Origin: a virus
Virus record (IMG/VR): IMGVR_UViG_3300018890_000002
Location: 17,219 to 81,218 of that record
Length of the DNA stretch: 64,000 nucleotides
Direction: 5' to 3' (one strand)
Under the pieces are notes generated by a model. The model searched no databases. It saw nothing but the letters and a program-made list of their open reading frames with translations, and was not told the origin of the DNA. Positions 38,292-47,513 of the stretch are shown here, piece after piece (the first letter of the stretch is position 1; the number at the start of each line of letters is the position of its first letter). The position numbers and the translations under genes were made by a program.

Positions 38292-38795
38292 GTGAAAGCT
38301 CAAACTAGCTCCTTAATTACTCCCATTCACTTCCTTCTATCTAGTGCTATTTATGATTTAGTAGCACATTCCGACTCAAAGTTCTATTATCTAAGAGCTT
38401 TATTCATATCCCCTCAGTGCTGTAGTGTGGAGAAATTTGAGCAGGTGATAGAAGATTATTCCTTAGATATTGAGGAAGAAATTGAATCTGCTACTGAGAA
38501 AGTTATTGATTTAGTAGTAGGACTCAATAACCTATGGAAAACTCTGCCTATTACTTTTGAGGATTTACTAGAGACTTCTGAGGTAGATGCTGCTTTTGAA
38601 CTTTTAGGAGCTACTGGAGATAGTACAAGGTTCTGGGATAATTATGAGTTACAAGATTTTGGATTAACTCAATTACCTCCTTTAGTTACAATTGAGTCTT
38701 TATATGAGGAAGCATATCTCATATTAGAGAAAGTCCGAGTAGCTAAGAGGAAAGTAATGCTTGCAAAGTTTTCAGATATGAGGAAAGCTGCTTAG
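38292..38795 (+). CDS. Hypothetical acidic protein
   Basis: ORF; start uncertain. Confidence 0.6.
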   Translation: MKAQTSSLITPIHFLLSSAIYDLVAHSDSKFYYLRALFISPQCCSVEKFEQVIEDYSLDIEEEIESATEKVIDLVVGLNNLWKTLPITFEDLLETSEVDAAFELLGATGDSTRFWDNYELQDFGLTQLPPLVTIESLYEEAYLILEKVRVAKRKVMLAKFSDMRKAA

Positions 38796-38849
38796 TACAT
38801 TCAATGCTAGGGAAGTGACTAACCTAGTTATCATCATAAGGAGAAATAA

Positions 38850-39029
38850 ATGACAAATCAATCTATCGAAACAGCACAGAAATTAGTCGAGTTCTATCAA
38901 TCTCAATTAGAGTTAACTCCTCAGTTCAAACTCTTAGAAACTGCTAAAAAAAATCTAGCAGAACTAAAAGATAAGGAGAGAGAAGACTATTGGAAAGGTA
39001 AAACTATCAGCATTGTGACGGGAGATTAA
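38850..39029 (+). CDS. 59-aa coiled-coil protein missing from the ORF track; paralog of the 45530 N-terminus
   Basis: AAGGAG RBS; AQKLVEFYQSQLELTPQFKLLETAKKNLAELK versus AEELVDFHRLELENSIDYERLEKSKKLLSDLK. Confidence 0.65.
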   Translation: MTNQSIETAQKLVEFYQSQLELTPQFKLLETAKKNLAELKDKEREDYWKGKTISIVTGD

Positions 39030-39175
39030 TCGTCTTTCAAGGCACTCTATCCCTAAGAATGAACTCCACATCATTTATCTAAGTAAAGTGTCCTCAATGA
39101 GCAATGAGAGCCATCTGAGAGGATATTAAGCTTAGGAAGATACTAACTAAGTTCTCAATAATTACAGGAGAAGCC

Positions 39176-39895
39176 ATGAATTCTAGTACCTTATTTTTCT
39201 ACTTCAATAAAACTCAAGAATGTTTTGCAGTAGAAAGTAGAAGCTCAGGTTACTCAAAAGATAAAAGTAAAAAGTTCTATCATTTAAAACCTAATGATGA
39301 AGCAGCTAGAAAATTGATGGAGTACGTAAAATTTAAAAACTGGACTGAGTATATCTCTGAAAAGAATACTCCTAAAATTATACTAATAGGAGATCCTAAC
39401 TCTAGCCATTTTTTTAGATTAGAGTACGAAGGCTATCAAGTAGATTTTACACCTGACAAATTTGCTGAAGAACCAAATAAGGAGAACACAATGAATTACA
39501 CTGCTGAACATAAAGGTTTTACTCTCAACATCAATGAAGTATTAGACGCTCAACAAAATCCTATTTACTTTGAAGGAGAATGTAAAGAAATCAATTTTAG
39601 TGTTAAAGGATTTCATAAGGAATACCAACACTCAATGCAAGGTTTCTTCAAGTTAGTTTATAAGTTTAAAGATGAGGTAGATAAACTGACAGAAGAAAAA
39701 CAAGAAGATAAAGTTCTCAACCAACTCCATAAACAACTAGACAGATTAAGAGAAAGAGATAAAGAGATTAATTATCCGCCCTTTGAATTAAGAGGAGAGT
39801 TAATCAGTATTCATCATCTTTTTAGCGGTATTACAGAGCTAACTTTGGAAGATGTAAAGAGAATTTATTTTGAACGTGCAGAGAGTAACCAGTAA
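39176..39895 (+). CDS. Hypothetical protein, possibly two fused genes
   Basis: AGGAG RBS plus internal AAGGAG with in-frame ATG near 39491. Confidence 0.6.
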   Translation: MNSSTLFFYFNKTQECFAVESRSSGYSKDKSKKFYHLKPNDEAARKLMEYVKFKNWTEYISEKNTPKIILIGDPNSSHFFRLEYEGYQVDFTPDKFAEEPNKENTMNYTAEHKGFTLNINEVLDAQQNPIYFEGECKEINFSVKGFHKEYQHSMQGFFKLVYKFKDEVDKLTEEKQEDKVLNQLHKQLDRLRERDKEINYPPFELRGELISIHHLFSGITELTLEDVKRIYFERAESNQ

Positions 39896-40153
39896 TTGAT
39901 TAAAGGGAGAAAAATCATGAGTGTAAATAGTTCTGAATTCTACAAACTTCAAACGAGATTAGAAGATATAAAAAATAATCTCAAACGTTATAAATCTACT
40001 GATCTATCTTTTGCCTACAATGTTCAAGAGTTAGAAGAAACAGCAGATGAAATTTTAAAGTCTTTAGCTACTGAATGGTTAACTTGTAAAGAGTATAGAG
40101 AAGAATATGGAGAAGACGTGGATTATAACAATGATGATGAATTATTAGATTGA
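39896..40153 (+). CDS. Hypothetical protein
   Basis: ORF; likely start at the internal ATG after AAGGGAG. Confidence 0.6.
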   Translation: MIKGRKIMSVNSSEFYKLQTRLEDIKNNLKRYKSTDLSFAYNVQELEETADEILKSLATEWLTCKEYREEYGEDVDYNNDDELLD

Positions 40154-40272
40154 CCTAAAAGTTGAAATCTAAGAGTAAAATGAATATACAGAGCTAATAA
40201 AATATGTCAAAAATCTTGTGTCAGTGACCTATTTTCTAAAATAAGTGCTATAATACATTTATAGTTTAAAAT

Positions 40273-42066
40273 GTGTCAACCATGAAATATCAGATTCAAG
40301 CTCCAAGTAATGCTCTTTATGTTAGTGATTTCCTAAGTGAAATTCCTAAAGGGATAATTGACAAAGCAGCGACGGGGGTAGGTATGAGTTCTATTGCTTT
40401 AGAAGATAAATATCCTACTATTATTGCTGTTCCTACTATTGAAGTGATTAGAAACAAAACTGCACAATATCCTAATGACAGACGTTCTGAATCTGTTTTC
40501 GGGTACTATGCAGGAGTAAAAGATAAAAGCGTAATTGAGTATCTTAATTCTACTGCAATTCCTAAGATTTTAGTAACTTATGATAGTTTTTATAAGGTGG
40601 CTAAACTAATAGACAAGACTATTTATCGAGTAGTTGTAGATGAATTCAGTGATTTACTAGATGCTTACAGCTACAGAGATAAAGCTATTGAACATTTACT
40701 ATCAGCAGTCCAAGATTTTGAGTATGTATCTTACATCTCTGCTACTCCATTAAAAGAAGAGTATTATCCTGAAGCTCTTAAAGGTTTAGATGAGTATGAA
40801 ATAGTTTGGCAAGGTTCAGTAAAGATTAAAGTTGAGAGAAAAAAGACAAATAAGCCTTATAAATTAGCTTGTAACATCATTGAAGCCTATAAAGCAGGAG
40901 GAAAAGAGGGGTTATTAATGCCTAATGGTCACTATTCTAAGTCTGCTTACTTTTTTGTTAACTCGGTTAACTCAATTGCAAGTATTTTAGAAGCTTCAGA
41001 ATTAGAACCTAGTGAAGTGAGAGTAATTTGTGCTAATAACGAGGTAAACCAGAAAAAATTAGAAAATTATCCCATTGAAACTGCTTTAGCTCCTGAGAAA
41101 AAGTTTAATTTTATTACCAGTACAGCTTTTAAAGGTTGTGATTTCTACTCTGAAAGTGGGGTTACTTACATTATTAGTAACACTTCTAACAGCAATACCT
41201 TAATTAGTATTGATACTGATGTTAAACAAATTGCAGGAAGGATTCGTAACTCTAATAACCCTTTCAATAACCACATTTACCACATCTATAATACTGATAA
41301 TTCACTTTTATCGGCTGAAGAGTTTGAGAAATTAGTTAAAAAGAAAACAAAAGCTACAGAATCCACTATTTCTCTATTTTATAAAGGTAATGAAGAAGAA
41401 AGAGAAACTTATTTAGCTAATTACTATTTAAGAGCTAAGTGTAAATTTAGAGATGACGACTATACTTACCTCACTGATGAGAATAATATTATCTTTAACC
41501 ACTATGCGGTATTAAATGATAAGCGTAGATGGGAAGTTAGTAGTAATGTATATAGAGATGGAGTTTCTATTCGAGAAGCTTATCTTAAAGCAGGATGTTT
41601 TGATATTTCTACTTATCAAGATTTTGAGAAAATAGAGGATAATGGCTTTTTAAATAAGCTTACTAATGGCAGCTTTAAGGAGTATTGTCTAAAATATATC
41701 AACAACACTGAAGAAAGAAGCTATATAGGTGATAGATTTCCAGTAATTAAAGAAGCATTTAGTCGACTAGGTGCTGATAGAATGAAAGCTTTAAGTTATA
41801 ATCCTTCAAGATTTCTATCTGAGATGCAGGTTAATTCAGATTCTACTCAAAACTACATAATTAGAGATTTAGAAAACACACTTGTAGTAGGACAAGAATA
41901 CCTTTCAGCAGAAATAAAGGCTATGTTCAATAATATTTATTATGCAGTGGGGATAAAAAAGAAAGCTAAAGCTACTGATATTGAGGCTTATTGTGACATT
42001 GAGAAAAAACAAAGAAGATTTAAAGGTGTTCTTAAAAATGTAATTGAGATTAAAGCTTGGAAATAA
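40273..42066 (+). CDS. SF2 helicase-like protein, paralog of 19948..21774
   Basis: KAATGVGMS, VVVDEFS, ISATP, QIAGRIR; YSYRDKAI and YFFVNSV shared with the paralog. Confidence 0.8.
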   Translation: MSTMKYQIQAPSNALYVSDFLSEIPKGIIDKAATGVGMSSIALEDKYPTIIAVPTIEVIRNKTAQYPNDRRSESVFGYYAGVKDKSVIEYLNSTAIPKILVTYDSFYKVAKLIDKTIYRVVVDEFSDLLDAYSYRDKAIEHLLSAVQDFEYVSYISATPLKEEYYPEALKGLDEYEIVWQGSVKIKVERKKTNKPYKLACNIIEAYKAGGKEGLLMPNGHYSKSAYFFVNSVNSIASILEASELEPSEVRVICANNEVNQKKLENYPIETALAPEKKFNFITSTAFKGCDFYSESGVTYIISNTSNSNTLISIDTDVKQIAGRIRNSNNPFNNHIYHIYNTDNSLLSAEEFEKLVKKKTKATESTISLFYKGNEEERETYLANYYLRAKCKFRDDDYTYLTDENNIIFNHYAVLNDKRRWEVSSNVYRDGVSIREAYLKAGCFDISTYQDFEKIEDNGFLNKLTNGSFKEYCLKYINNTEERSYIGDRFPVIKEAFSRLGADRMKALSYNPSRFLSEMQVNSDSTQNYIIRDLENTLVVGQEYLSAEIKAMFNNIYYAVGIKKKAKATDIEAYCDIEKKQRRFKGVLKNVIEIKAWK

Positions 42067-42203
42067 AAATAGTATTGACATATTTTATCTAGTCTCTGTA
42101 GCTATATTAGACTTAGATTTTATAATTTATGTCAATTTCCTTACATTTTAATGACTTGAAACTTATCTTAAGGTCATACTATTAAATAATGTAAGAACTT
42201 TTT

Positions 42204-42232
42204 ATCCTACTATTAATTTAGTGGGATTTTTT
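42204..42232 (+). terminator. Intrinsic terminator
   Basis: ATCCTACTA...TAGTGGGAT followed by a T-tract. Confidence 0.6.
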
Positions 42233-42279
42233 GTGTACTAGAAGACAATAAACTATCACTTAACTTTAAGGAGTCCATT

Positions 42280-42501
42280 ATGCAGACTAAAAGATTAAAT
42301 TGGCAAACCCAACAGATAAAAGATTGGCTTGATTACAGTGACATTTCCACTTCTTGTAAAACTTCTGCTCAATTAGAATGGGAAGTAGTAGATAGATTTT
42401 TAGTTAGAGATTGTCCGACTCCATTAGATAGAGTAAAAAATGCTGCTATGCAAGAATTATTTGCAGAAGTTGAATGGAGTGAATTAGTGTTTAAATTCTA
42501 G
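42280..42501 (+). CDS. Hypothetical protein
   Basis: AAGGGAG RBS. Confidence 0.6.
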   Translation: MQTKRLNWQTQQIKDWLDYSDISTSCKTSAQLEWEVVDRFLVRDCPTPLDRVKNAAMQELFAEVEWSELVFKF

Positions 42502-42543
42502 TCCGCAATGACATTAAACTAATACTTAGCTAAGGAGAATCAA

Positions 42544-42876
42544 ATGGCTGCTAAATACAACGAAACAATTACTCTTTGTCATCCTGAATATGGTACTTGT
42601 TGTCTAACTCGTAAAGAATTTCAGGAACAATACGGGTTAACCAAGCAAGATATCTCAAATTTAGCTAATCATAGGGGTAAAATTCGACAAGGATGGAGTC
42701 TCCCAAAGCAAGATAGTTGGAAGAGTTTTTATCTTAGTGTCTCACAAGAGGTTTGGAATATTGCAGAAAAGATAGCCTATGAAAAAGGAGTGACGGTAGA
42801 AGCTGTTATATGTGATGCTGCTGAGAAACAGTTGAAGTATCAGGTAAATGAGATGTTGTCAGAAAATATTGAATGA
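42544..42876 (+). CDS. DNA-binding protein: homing-endonuclease-type (NUMOD-like) domain plus RHH-like domain
   Basis: N-half aligns with the C-terminal repeats of 57350; C-half SFYLSVSQEVWNIAEKIAYEKGVTVEAVI is RHH-like. Confidence 0.6.
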   Translation: MAAKYNETITLCHPEYGTCCLTRKEFQEQYGLTKQDISNLANHRGKIRQGWSLPKQDSWKSFYLSVSQEVWNIAEKIAYEKGVTVEAVICDAAEKQLKYQVNEMLSENIE

Positions 42877-43033
42877 TTCAAAACGTTAGAGGTAAGTAAG
42901 GGCTTCCAATCAAGTAACTAAAGGAGTTGTCATGTCTATATTCAAATCAACACAAATCGAAAAGAAAAAGACTGCTCAAATATCCCAATGAACAGAAAAT
43001 GGTTACGACTACAAAGGAGTAGTTGAATATGGA

Positions 43034-43540
43034 ATGGTTTACTTGAAAGGTAATTCTCAGCCATATTTCTCTATTACTGCTTTTACTTGGTGTAAGAGTA
43101 GTAAAGGAGGTAGATGGAGAGAAGATAGTGGCGGTTGTCTTCATGAGTTAATAGTCAAGAAAAAGAAGTCATTAGCCCCATTAATTCAATTTCATTTAGC
43201 CGGACAAGATGGACTGCCAATTCTCTATCTAGAGAACGGATATTATTGGTACAAGGAGAACTTAGAAATCTTTAAAAGCTATGTTCAATTATCTGAGGAT
43301 GAAGAAATTCCAGAAGTTTCAAAGATTGAGCTACCTGTGGTCTTAAGTGAGACTGGAAAAGAACTTGATTTACCAGAGAAAGAACAAGAGAAAATCAGAG
43401 AAAAATTCCGTAAACAATTTATTTGTCAATGGCTCAAAACCCGAGAAGATAGATTGAGAGAGGAGTTTAATGAAGTAATGAAGATTTTTGGTGTTGAATA
43501 TATCACTGAAGAGGAAATCAATCAACTCAAGACTAAGTAA
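43034..43540 (+). CDS. Hypothetical protein; N-terminus from ATG 42932 appears frameshifted
   Basis: PYFSIT...GGCLHELI; the RBS-led upstream fragment stops early. Confidence 0.6.
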   Translation: MVYLKGNSQPYFSITAFTWCKSSKGGRWREDSGGCLHELIVKKKKSLAPLIQFHLAGQDGLPILYLENGYYWYKENLEIFKSYVQLSEDEEIPEVSKIELPVVLSETGKELDLPEKEQEKIREKFRKQFICQWLKTREDRLREEFNEVMKIFGVEYITEEEINQLKTK

Positions 43541-43597
43541 TTTAATAAGTAGAGGGAAGTGACTAACCTTTACTATCAATTCACTAAGGAGTTTAAG

Positions 43598-43849
43598 ATG
43601 GTAGCTAGAATATCAGTAAGGACTTTCACTGTTCCAGAGTATTTCCTGTCGTTTCTAATTAACGATCAATGTAGTGGTTTGACTCAAGACGATTTTAACC
43701 AATTTAAAGACTTCATTGAAAGAGAAGAAATTGATGAGAGTTTGGGTCATTGGTCTTATGATGACGTTGAACCTTATTATTCTGAGAGTAATAATATAAC
43801 AAGTCAAAGTGGAACTGTGGTAGATGTTGAATGGGTAGAAATTAATTAA
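43598..43849 (+). CDS. Hypothetical acidic protein
   Basis: AAGGAG RBS before ATG 43598. Confidence 0.65.
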   Translation: MVARISVRTFTVPEYFLSFLINDQCSGLTQDDFNQFKDFIEREEIDESLGHWSYDDVEPYYSESNNITSQSGTVVDVEWVEIN

Positions 43850-43957
43850 GTCTTAAGAGTTACTAAGGAAACTAAGACAATGTGGAAGAGGAAATGTTTG
43901 CAATAGTAATTAGAGAGGACAAAGGAGCTAAAGTAGTATCCTATAAGAGTAAGGAGA

Positions 43958-44278
43958 TTGATAGCTCAGAAAATATGTCAATCTGTGGAGTTGAGAATTA
44001 CGAGCAAGGGAAAAGATTATCCTAATTGGGTTAGAGGGTTCAAAGTTATAGGAGATGATTTTTTACACTTAAGTGATAAAGATAAAGATAGCTTTTGTCT
44101 TATGCTTAAGAATATCGAGTATGTGAAAAGAAATAATATTAGTAGGTCTATTACTCTAGAAGATTTACCTATTAAGGAACCTACTAAAGATGAGATACGT
44201 GATATCTACTATGAAGAAATAAAAGTTTACCCTCAGTTAAATGAGATAGTTAAACGATACATAGAAAATAATCACTAG
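43958..44278 (+). CDS. Hypothetical protein
   Basis: ORF. Confidence 0.5.
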   Translation: MIAQKICQSVELRITSKGKDYPNWVRGFKVIGDDFLHLSDKDKDSFCLMLKNIEYVKRNNISRSITLEDLPIKEPTKDEIRDIYYEEIKVYPQLNEIVKRYIENNH

Positions 44279-44287
44279 GAGAAAATC

Positions 44288-44611
44288 ATGAATTACAGAG
44301 TACCAGCTTACTATCCAGAAGTTCCTGAAGAAGTTAAGAACTATTTACGGATTGTTGATGAAGTCATAGTTCCTCAGTGTATTAAGGGTAATTAAGTGTC
44401 AGTTGTAACCCCAAAAATAGGAGGTTCTGCTTTACTACCTTCTTATGCAATGATTGGAGATATACTATTCACTTTCTATTCCTCTATTCAAGATATGTGG
44501 GAAGATGCTTATTACGACGCTTGGTATGGTTCAGAAGATAAGAATGATGTAACTCTTCTGACTGACCTAGCTATCAACTGCGTTAAGTCATTAGAATGGT
44601 GGAGTCGTTAA
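44288..44611 (+). pseudogene. Paralog of 50958..51251 interrupted by in-frame TAA at 44393
   Basis: YYPEVPEEVKNYLRIVDEVIVPQCIKGN*...FYSSIQDMWEDAYYDAW versus IYPLVPQKVKSLLRQIQGVTIPHFIKGE...IYPTIEDAWVDVVYDCW. Confidence 0.65.
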
Positions 44612-44833
44612 CATGGATAATGAAGAAATGATTAGTATTGAGAATTGCGAAAGAAGGTTATGGTATTTCTGAAGATGAAATTGAGTTCATTGAGTAATCT
44701 TTAACTCATCGTTTAAGGCATCTTATATCTAGTAATGTACTATTTATCGTTTTTAGGTATAAGGTGTGTCTATGAAGCAAATAAAGCCATCTGAGAGGAT
44801 ACTAACTCTTAGACTAAAACATAAGGAGAAATC

Positions 44834-45280
44834 ATGACTACTTTATCCCCAATTGAAAAAGCTGAGTTAGAAGCACAAGAAGCTAGAAGTCAATTTAACT
44901 ATCTTCAAAATATAATGATGAAGACTCCTGAGTTTTTAGCAGTTCAAAAGCAAAGAGAAGTAATGAATAAAGCAGATGAAAAAGTAAACTTATTAAAAAG
45001 AGAGGCAGCTAAACCCAAGGTAGACGCGACAATTTCTAGTTTAAAAGAGAAAGGTTATGAATGTAGAGCTGTTTACTCACATGGTTATATTTCTGAGTAT
45101 GTAATCTGTGATAAAGAAATATCTGAGATAGGAAGTTTATTTTCTACGGATAGAGGGATTGAAGCTATTTCAAGCGATCACAGTGATCATTTTTATGAAG
45201 GAAGTGATTTGTTAGGTTGTGGGGATAGTGAAGAAGAAGCTTGGAGAGATGCTGTAAGAAATCAGAATTGTAAAATCTAA
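44834..45280 (+). CDS. Coiled-coil family hypothetical protein
   Basis: LKEKGYE and LLGCGDSEEEAWRDAV shared with 45530. Confidence 0.7.
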   Translation: MTTLSPIEKAELEAQEARSQFNYLQNIMMKTPEFLAVQKQREVMNKADEKVNLLKREAAKPKVDATISSLKEKGYECRAVYSHGYISEYVICDKEISEIGSLFSTDRGIEAISSDHSDHFYEGSDLLGCGDSEEEAWRDAVRNQNCKI

Positions 45281-45529
45281 TCTCAATTATTCTCAGATTT
45301 TCGTTTGTGTCCGCAACGACATTAAACTATTAATTAATTTAGGAGGGTATTATGACGACATCTGATGGTATTGCCTTTGTTATTATAGGCTATTTGATTC
45401 CTCAGCTACTATACGTTTGTTACATGGTTGGAATGTCTAAAGGCTATGACATAGCAGTAGAAGATTACAAAAGAATTAATAGATGTCCATAAAGTTTAAT
45501 GCTAAAGCTCAGTAACTAGGAGAAAAGTA

Positions 45530-46015
45530 ATGTCCATTACTAATATCAATGCAAAAGTTTCAGCAGCAGAAGAGTTGGTAGATTTCCATAGACTAGAATT
45601 AGAAAATTCGATTGACTACGAGAGACTGGAAAAAAGCAAAAAGCTACTTTCTGATTTAAAGAAATTGCAAGAAGAAGAGTACCAGAAAAAGCAAATTCAA
45701 CTACACATAGAAAGGTTAAAGAAGGAAGGGTACGAGTTGCGAACTGGTCACTTGACTAGCTCTACTAGAACAGATGAGTGGCAATCAGAAGACGGAGAGT
45801 CATATACTTTCCTAGTTGTTCATAAGGACACTCCAAAAATCAGAGAGATGCTAGAGTGCAGCTTTGAAGCAATCCCGTTAATAGGTGATCCTGGTAGCGG
45901 AAAAGTATTAGAACCAGAAACAATTCTTGGATCTGGAAAGACAGAAGACTTAGCTTGGAAATCTGCGGTAACAGGGGACTATATTAACAACTTACCTACA
46001 GAAGAGTGTAGATAG
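45530..46015 (+). CDS. Coiled-coil family hypothetical protein
   Basis: LKKEGYE and ILGSGKTEDLAWKSAV. Confidence 0.7.
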   Translation: MSITNINAKVSAAEELVDFHRLELENSIDYERLEKSKKLLSDLKKLQEEEYQKKQIQLHIERLKKEGYELRTGHLTSSTRTDEWQSEDGESYTFLVVHKDTPKIREMLECSFEAIPLIGDPGSGKVLEPETILGSGKTEDLAWKSAVTGDYINNLPTEECR

Positions 46016-46145
46016 TTAGTCTCTTCCCCAGTAATTGACTAACTCAGTAATATAGTAAGGACAAAGCATGAACGTTGAAGAAATTGTAGAACAAGTCAAA
46101 AGTTTATGATATTAGAATGTTCTTAACTAAAAGGAGAGTCACATA

Positions 46146-46436
46146 ATGTTTAACCCTCTGAGTGAAATTTTAACTCTAGATCTAGATTGGTTGAAATCTA
46201 ATGGATGGACGTTAAGAGGAATCTTAGCATACCGTCATATTCTGTACGAATACAATCATTCGGGAACTCCTTCTCAAAGCAGAATTACTGAGATTATTAA
46301 ACAGTATGACGCAGAAGGACAGGCTCACAAGATAATTGAAGCTTTACAGGATTTGCTTTTGCTCAAGCAGTTATTTTCAAATCCTGTAGAAATATCAGAT
46401 ACAGCTTGGGAAAAAATTATCTCAGCTTATCGTTAA
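46146..46436 (+). CDS. Hypothetical protein
   Basis: AAGGAG RBS. Confidence 0.65.
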   Translation: MFNPLSEILTLDLDWLKSNGWTLRGILAYRHILYEYNHSGTPSQSRITEIIKQYDAEGQAHKIIEALQDLLLLKQLFSNPVEISDTAWEKIISAYR

Positions 46437-46567
46437 CTCCTAGCTAGATGTAGGGTGCAATTCCCTACAAAACATCAGCTCTAACTTCCTCCAAAGAAGA
46501 TGTCTTATTGACTCTGGAGCTTTTAGAAGGAGAATATTATGCAGTTGTTCTCATAAGAGAGAATTAA

Positions 46568-46632
46568 AAGTCGAAACATTTTAGCTCCTTAGCTAAGATG
46601 TCGGTAGATTATGTCTGCCCTGATGAGGACTT
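46568..46632 (+). ncRNA. Type II hammerhead ribozyme
   Basis: AAGTC-GAAA-stem III (CATTTTAGCT/AGCTAAGATG)-TC^-stem I (GGTAGA/TCTGCC)-CTGATGAG-GACTT. Confidence 0.8.
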
Positions 46633-46667
46633 CTCATTGGAACAACAATTATTGGAGTAAAGGTCAA

Positions 46668-47444
46668 ATGACTAATATTATATTTTCTCCCCTTCAACAG
46701 AGAGATGTGGAAATCCGGTTTATTTGTCATGAGGGATTCACCATAACTACGACCAATGAAAAGTACCAGTTTGTGAGAAATATTCTAACCGTTCTTCAAG
46801 AGCAAGAGGGTCTTCCGTTAGAATATGCTAGTGAGAACGAAGGAATGAAGATTGCGGGTATCTCCAAGATAGTGTTTGGTTTTGTTCCCGATTTTATTAT
46901 AGATGAAAAAGATGGACTACCCCCACGCTTAGAAAATCACTTCGTCATACCTGGCTACCGAAAAGTCGGGTCTAATGTAGTCAAAATGAAAGCACTGGCC
47001 GAACAAGTAGCAGAGAAGTTACGAACGTTCCAATTAAAGGTGGAGGTAAACAGCGAAAGTTCTATTCATCCCAAAATGGATGAAGAGACAGAATTTGTTT
47101 ATACAGTAATGATCACATCCGTTGCCTTGGAGGTGGCTAAGGTGAATAAAAACCATCCGATCTGGAGTGGTATTCCTGCATTAAACCGAATCACTTTGAT
47201 GAGTGGAGAGTTCGAGGCAATGCGAGCAATGATAGCTGAAACTCCACCAGTTCTTCAAGCTGTATGTACTCTATTTGAATCTTATACTGAAGAGGTTAAA
47301 AACGCGATCGATACTTGCGAGAATTTCAAAGAGGAGTACGACTCTAATGAACCTGTACCACATATCAGCAAATTACAACTTAGACGACCAACGAAAGAAG
47401 TTATGGAAATGTTGAAACTTCTTCAAAGTCATCACAAATCGTAG
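46668..47444 (+). CDS. Hypothetical protein
   Basis: Start moved to ATG 46668 because the track start lies inside the ribozyme. Confidence 0.7.
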   Translation: MTNIIFSPLQQRDVEIRFICHEGFTITTTNEKYQFVRNILTVLQEQEGLPLEYASENEGMKIAGISKIVFGFVPDFIIDEKDGLPPRLENHFVIPGYRKVGSNVVKMKALAEQVAEKLRTFQLKVEVNSESSIHPKMDEETEFVYTVMITSVALEVAKVNKNHPIWSGIPALNRITLMSGEFEAMRAMIAETPPVLQAVCTLFESYTEEVKNAIDTCENFKEEYDSNEPVPHISKLQLRRPTKEVMEMLKLLQSHHKS

Positions 47445-47513
47445 TTGGTTAGTAGTCCTGGAAGTCCTTACTTCTGGGACTAGCTCGCTTCGAGACATTT
47501 TATCAGGAGAATC

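Noticed and set aside
39030-39130. Second hammerhead ribozyme (CTCAATGAG after a stem)
   Set aside because: Core is not CUGANGA and there is no GAAA strand; kept only as a structured repeat
23847-44395. Stop-codon reassignment suggested by in-frame TAA in two genes
   Set aside because: TAA, TAG and TGA all terminate conserved genes normally and no suppressor tRNA was seen; these are simple pseudogenes
36991-44806. TACTAAC as a spliceosomal branch point
   Set aside because: Prokaryotic phage context with Shine-Dalgarno signals; the sequence is part of a hairpin loop motif
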